In this document: one piece after another, positions 58,666 to 64,000 of the stretch | How the letters are laid out: every line of letters starts with the position of its first letter | How positions within the stretch are numbered: the first letter of the stretch is position 1 | From: Paraspadella gotoi | Lineage: Eukaryota; Animalia; Chaetognatha | Length of the DNA stretch: 64,000 nt | NCBI GenBank assembly: GCA_051294375.1 | Contig: CM119263.1 | Span: forward strand, 2,318,113-2,382,112 | Direction of reading: 5' to 3' | Notes under the pieces: generated by a model | What the model saw: only the letters and a program-made list of their open reading frames with translations | Database searches by the model: none | Told to the model about the DNA's origin: nothing | Translations under genes and position numbers: made by a program

Positions 58666-60215
58666 TTCCTCAAATCCGATTCGTCATTTTTCTTAATAAA
58701 TTTTTCAGTTTTTTCCCTTTTTTTTCTCTGCTTTCGATTTTGTTTCTGTTGTCTTTCAGTTTTTTGTTTTTCGTTTTTGTTTTCTGCTGTTTTTTCTTTA
58801 AAAATTCGATGATTTAATTTTTCGATCGAATTTAGTTGATGTTTAAATTGAATCAAATTTTCCTGGATTCGTTTCGCGTCACTATTTTGCTCCTTAATTG
58901 AACTTCGCTCCTTTTGCTCCAGAGGTTTTAATTGTCGCTCCAGAAAATTGTCCTCCTTTAGTACGTCCACCCTTCCACCGATAAAACCTTCTCCGCCGCT
59001 ACCCCTGACGCTGCCTCCGCCGCTGCTGGAGAGCCCCGCCGCCTCACGGAAAATGAGGGAAACTTCGTCGTCGGTGACATCGAGAAAAATCTTAGAACCG
59101 AAAGGATCAATGACGGAGATGGCGCCGCTATTGCTTGGATTGGCGCGGATATTGCTTGGCTTGGCGCCGCCATTGCTCGACCTGGCACCGCTCTTGCTTG
59201 GCTTGGCGCCGTCGTTGATTGGCATGGCGCCACCATTGCTTGGCTTAGCGCCGTAAACCTTTCCGTCATTGCTTGCCCTCCCTTCGTTAGCGCGGTGGTC
59301 GTAGGCAAAAGGGTGGGCGCCGCAAAAGATCACAGCATTGGCGCCGTCAAAGTAGACGTTGGCTTCATCTTTATCGGCGTCATTTTTTCTTTTTTCTAAG
59401 TCGATTCCATTTTCTTCTCTCGGATTACGAGTGACGCAATCGTGAGCGAAGGCAGCGGCGTCGGTATCGGCGGCGGCGGCGGCGGCGGCAGCGCTATCGC
59501 TGTCTTGAGTGGTTTTAGAAGACTTCGCCTTGTGAAGAACTTCATCGTCGTCGTCATCATCATCGTCGTTATCGTCGTCGTCATCATCGTTGTCGTTATC
59601 GTTGTGTTCCTCATCGTCGTCATCTTCGTCGTCGTCATCGTTCATATTGTCGTTGTTGTCATTAAATGAGACGCGATCGTCCGTAAGATGATAGCGCCAT
59701 CCACCGTCGTCATGGAACCGGCGCCGTCTCGATTTCGAGACGGCGTCATCGCAGACGTTATTCGCGTTGACGTCGCGATGGGAATTTTTATTATTGGTTT
59801 GGTTTTCTGTGTTCCTATCAACATTGTTATCGCGAGAAAAATCTTTGTCATCGCGAGAGAAATCTTTGTCATCGCGAGAGAAATCTTTGTCATCGCGTGA
59901 TAAATCTTTGTCATCGCGTGATAAATCTTTGTCATCGCGTGATAAATCTTTGTCATCGCGTGATAAATCTTTGTCATCGCGAGAGAAATCTTTGTCACCC
60001 TTGCATCCATATTTGGTGAGATTTTTGTCATAAATCCCGAGAAACTGGCAGCCGAAAGAGAAGCCTTTTTCCAAATTGCGCGTATCTTTTTCGCTGCGCC
60101 CCCTCAAGTTCGTGTCTGCGTCATTACTCGCCTCGTTTCTTGCGTCATCAACAACGCCACCATCAACGCCATCACCAACGCCATCTACCACCTTTTCTTC
60201 CCCGCCTTCCCCCAC
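58254..60215 (-). CDS. Long low-complexity ORF (653 codons): DKD(F/L)SRD repeats, poly-Asp, poly-Ala, GAKPSNG-like repeats, Lys/Glu-rich coiled-coil-like segment, poly-Thr; probably a large exon
   Basis: 1962 nt without stop; internal repeat units are multiples of 3; possible acceptor gcag near 60243 and donor caa|gtgagc near 58278; no recognised domain. Confidence 0.55.
59822..59998. repeat. 21-bp tandem repeat (aaatctttgtcatcgcg(t/a)ga(t/g)), ~8 copies
   Basis: Directly visible; encodes DKD(F/L)SRD on the minus strand. Confidence 0.95.
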
Positions 60216-60231
60216 TCCTCTTCCGTCGAAA

Positions 60232-62260
60232 ACCTCGTCCGGCTGCGTTTCGGGTCATCGTGTTTCAGTTCCGAGGGTTAAAAATGGTAAGTATCAAGTA
60301 AGTTTTTTTTCTTTTCGACCAAACATCGTTGATGACTTCGTGAAATGAGGTCAAGGACGGCGTCGGCCCTGAGGGCGCCACGGGCGTTTTGGCGGACGGA
60401 CACGCCCACCTATCCACGTTATCGACGCCTCTGGCGGAGAATCGACTCGTCGGAAGTTGCGACTTCGTTCTTGAGTTCGAGCTCCGCGCTCTCGACAGCG
60501 CTCCTGGTGGTTTCCTCTATTTTTCGTCAAAATGTGTTGTTGTTGTGACGTATTTCCGGTTTTTGCGTGGGAGTGAAATACTCGTCTAGAACAGCTATCG
60601 AGAAAAAAAAGGGAAAAAAAGTTTTTTTTTCTGTTACTAGTTCCGATTCGCTTTTTGAAATCGTAAAAACTAAAAAGAAAATATCAAAATTATTTAATTT
60701 GTTTTTCGTTTTACGACGAATCGTATCAAATGAAAATATTACAAAATTTTCAAAAATTCCGAAATTTGATTTTTTTTTTCCGATTCAGTTTGACTTTTCA
60801 TAAAAATTATTGAGATCAAAGCCGAAGAGCTTCGTTCAAATTAAGATCGACAGTTTATGACTAAGATGGAATCAGGAGGATGGGACTGGGGGAGAGAGAG
60901 AGAGAGAGAGANNNNNNNNNNNNNNNNNNNNNNNNNTCTCCCATTCCCTTCCCGCAGCCTCAAAAGCGCTTGAGAATAGGCGGAAAATTGGCGTCCAAGA
61001 GAGAGGATATGAGTCCGGTCGGTATTGACGCTTCCCCGCCGCCGCCGCCCCGCCGCCGCGCCCGCCGCCGCCGCCGCCGGCCGCCGCCGCCGAAGTTTCC
61101 GGAAATCGAGTCGCGATGCTGCAGGGAGGGCTGGCTGAGAATGGACAGGGAGGCCTCGACTGTGGTTGCGTTGAATGAGGGAGAAGCGGGAGCTGCGGCT
61201 GGGGCGGCGGCTGAGGCGGTCAGGTTCTGAGAAATCTTCGCGCCGTAGCATTAGGAAGGCTCGAGAAAAATGAGGAAACAATCGTGCGACCTCCGAAAGA
61301 AAAGACTTGGAAGATGGAAAGAAGTAGAAGATGTTGGGCATAGTGTTGGGAGGCAAGATCGGGCAGTGAGGAAGACATTTGGTTTGGAGTGAGCTGGTGA
61401 TGTTCGGGCATAGGATGAAATGAAGAGATTCGTCGGGCAGTCGGAGGTTAAGTCGATAGCGGTGTATTGTGTCGGGCAGCAGTAGGATCAAGAAAGCCGG
61501 TATTGTGTCGGGCTGGGCGAGGCATCAGATTTAAGCGGTTGTTGTCGGCAAAGGAGGGAGAAGAAGACCCAGGGATCGATGCTCGTTGGGCGAATGACCT
61601 CGTCCGCTGCGTTTCGGGTCATCGTGTTTCAGTTCGAGGGTTAAAAAGGTAAGTATCAAGTAAGTTTTTTTTTTCTTTTCGACCAAACATCGCGTTGATG
61701 ACTTCGTGAAATGAGGTCAAGGACGGCGTCGGCTCCGCAGGGCGCCACGGGCGTTTTGGCGGACAGACACGCCCACGCCTATCCACGTATACGACGCCTC
61801 TGGCGGAGAATCGACTCGTCGGAAGTCACGCGACTTCGTTCTTGAGTTCGAGCTCCGCGCTCTCGACAGCGCTCCTGGTGGTTTCCTCTATTTTTCGTCA
61901 AAATGTGTTGTTGTTGTGACGTATTTTCCGCGTTTTTGCGTGGGAGTGAAATACTCGTCTAGAAAGCTATCAGAAAAAAAAGGGAAAAAAAGTGGGTTTT
62001 TTTCTGTTTACTATTCGGATTCGCTTTTTGAAATCGTAAAAACTAAAAAGAAAATATCAAAATTATTTATTTGTTTTCGTTTTACGACGAATCGTTCAAA
62101 TGAAAATATTACAATAAATTTCAAAAATTCGAAATTTGATTTTTTTTTTCCGATTCATTTTTATTAAAAATTTGAAGATCAAAGCCGAAGAGCTTCGTTC
62201 AAATTAAGATCGACAGTTTATGACTAAGATGGAATCAGGAAGGGTGGACTGGGAGGGATA

Positions 62261-62320
<60 letters not shown>
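60232..62320 (+). repeat. Direct duplication: ~60232-60911 repeated at ~61597-62320, flanking an unrelated ~650-bp insert
   Basis: Both copies run from acctcgtcc..gcgtttcgggtcatcgtgtttcag to gactaagatggaatcagga plus (GA)n. Confidence 0.9.
60960..61226 (-). CDS. Possible orphan terminal exon (NLTASAAAPAAAPASPSFNATT...LDANFPPILKRF*)
   Basis: tttctcag acceptor, 89 codons to TGA, GC-rich; no partner exon identified. Confidence 0.3.
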   Translation of the reverse strand, partial: NLTASAAAPAAAPASPSFNATTVEASLSILSQPSLQHRDSISGNFGGGGRRRRRRARRRGGGGGEASIPTGLISSLLDANFPPILKRF

Positions 62321-62325
62321 AGAGA

Positions 62326-62446
62326 GGCACGAATTCGGGAAATTAAGGAATAATTAATAAACAAAAGAAAAGATTGGTTTTGACTCGGAAAGCGTTAAAA
62401 CCTAGCGTGCGTCCCGGGGCCGAACTTAATTCAATATCTCTCTCTT

Positions 62447-62483
<37 letters not shown>

Positions 62484-62604
62484 ACGAGATTTCGGGCAAA
62501 ACAAATGAAAATTAAGGAATAATTAATAACAAAAGAAAAGATTGGTTTTGACTCGGAAAGCGTTAAAACCTAGCGTGCGTCCCCGGGGCCGAACTTAATT
62601 CAAT
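62326..62604 (+). repeat. Local duplication of a ~110-120 bp unit separated by (TC)/(GA)n
   Basis: aagaaaagattggttttgactcggaaagcgttaaaacctagcgtgcgtccc occurs twice. Confidence 0.9.
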
Positions 62605-63321
62605 TAAGGCCCCGATAAACCTTTGGCACGCTCCGACGATAATGTTTTCCTTTTCGATATAAATTTTCCACTTCTATAATTTTCTTTTTTTTTTCTTTTT
62701 TTTAACTCTGCCACGCATGTCGCTTTGAAGACGCAGAGGAATCGAAACATCTGTGGCGGCGGATGGGCTAAATGAGAAATACTATTTATATATATCCTAT
62801 CGAACGAATAAATAAAAGAAATAATAATTGAATAAAGATCAAGTATAGAAATATAATGTTCTGTTTTGACTAATGCCTTCCATTCTTTTTCCACTTTCTG
62901 TTCATAATCGAGCCTTTCTTTTTCAGACATTAAACATTTCTCTATCTTTAATAATTTCTATAAAAATGATGTACGAATGTTATAAATGTAATTTCTTCCT
63001 GGGTGTTTGGCCTCAACAACTTTGTCCGGTTGTACACAGTCGACTTTTCTTCCCAATCCATTTGGGCCATTTGTTAAAATCGCAAAAGTTAATTACATTC
63101 TCATCAACTCGGGACTCCATATCATAAGTTCAAAGGCAAAGCAATATCTCTCTATCTCTCTTTCGTGCTTTCATCAATCCCAACTCATCGTCGAAAAAAC
63201 ATGGCGATGGTGTCTCGATAACGCGAGCCAATGAGAAGCCGAGATTCCCCGGGAAATTAACCAATCAGAGATGAGAAGACGACGAAGGGAAAGTTGCGTG
63301 ACGGAAAACGAAGGGCGAAAA

Positions 63322-63428
63322 TGGGACTGAGGGACTGAGGGGCGGTGGCACAAAATGACTGAGGGACTGAGGGACTGAGGGGCGGTGGCACAAAATTACT
63401 GAGGGACTGAGGGACTGAGGGACTGAGG
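63322..63428. repeat. 9-bp (gggactgag) repeat with higher-order ggcggtggcacaaaat spacer
   Basis: Direct. Confidence 0.85.
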
Positions 63429-64000
63429 CGATGAAGACTCAATGCTTTCTTGGGCTGACTGCTGTTGGGGGAAACCCGAAGGGGTGCTGCGGGGGAAAAA
63501 CCTAAGGGGCTGAGGGGTGTGGAACTGTGGCGAGCTATTTCGTGGACCGAAGAAGCGTGGAGGCTTTTAAACACGCAATAGGGACTCGAACATAATTGTG
63601 GGACAATTTGTAATTGGGGGGAAAAGTAATTTCTCACAATTTGGATTCAAGATAATGTGAATTGTTGATCGCGGAGTGACGTGAGATTGTGAGGCGACAG
63701 TGGCGACACCGAGCGGTGAAGGAAAGTGACGAAGCGATAACGAGGTTGATGTCTTTCCCCTCGAAGCCAATGACATATCTCGAACGATGACGACGATGAA
63801 GACGACGACGACGATGAGGACGACGACGACGATGACGACGACCATGACGATGGAAACGATTTTATCTCAAGATTTATTAGATTTTTCAGATTTATTATTA
63901 TCGTCGCCTTCGGCTGGGATTTGGTCTTTTACGATTTGAGCTTTTTCTGGATTGGGATTTTTTTGGATTGGGCATTTTTTGTATTGGAAATTTTCTGGAT

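Noticed and set aside
39960-62320. Large DNA transposon or Polinton with long terminal inverted repeats, or a real tandem gene cluster
   Set aside because: No transposase, integrase or polymerase motifs seen; the repeats contain host exons and introns, carry indel noise and often end at 25-N gaps

Overview
This is eukaryotic (metazoan, probably invertebrate bilaterian) genomic DNA from a draft assembly, not a prokaryotic locus. It is AT-rich, saturated with (GA)n, (GAC)n, (ATC)n, (GATT)n and (GATA)n microsatellites, and has 11 N-gaps. Most ORFs in the supplied track are microsatellite or alternative-start artefacts; the real genes are spliced. Reconstructed by hand: (1) a minus-strand ANKRD6/diego/diversin-like gene with 12 phase-consistent GT-AG exons from 37732 to 6700 (5' exons not found); (2) two plus-strand genes nested antisense in its 12.4-kb intron, a ~7-exon Cys-rich unknown (21.4-23.8 kb) and a 2-exon ~113-aa unknown (25.2-25.7 kb); (3) a plus-strand 5-exon secreted protein gene (39573 to ~48163) with signal peptide, coiled coil and a Trp/Cys-patterned globular domain split by a ~270-residue Asp/Ser- then Glu-rich insert; (4) a 653-codon low-complexity ORF (58254-60215, minus). 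The 40-62 kb region is a mosaic of inverted and direct copies of one unit, including a fold-back centred near 45597. Indel-noisy copies, shared errors and six gaps of exactly 25 N, mostly at or inside duplicated blocks, suggest long-read gap-filling artefacts rather than biology. No rRNA, tRNA, CRISPR array or transposase was recognised. No database search was run; family assignments come from recalled motifs.
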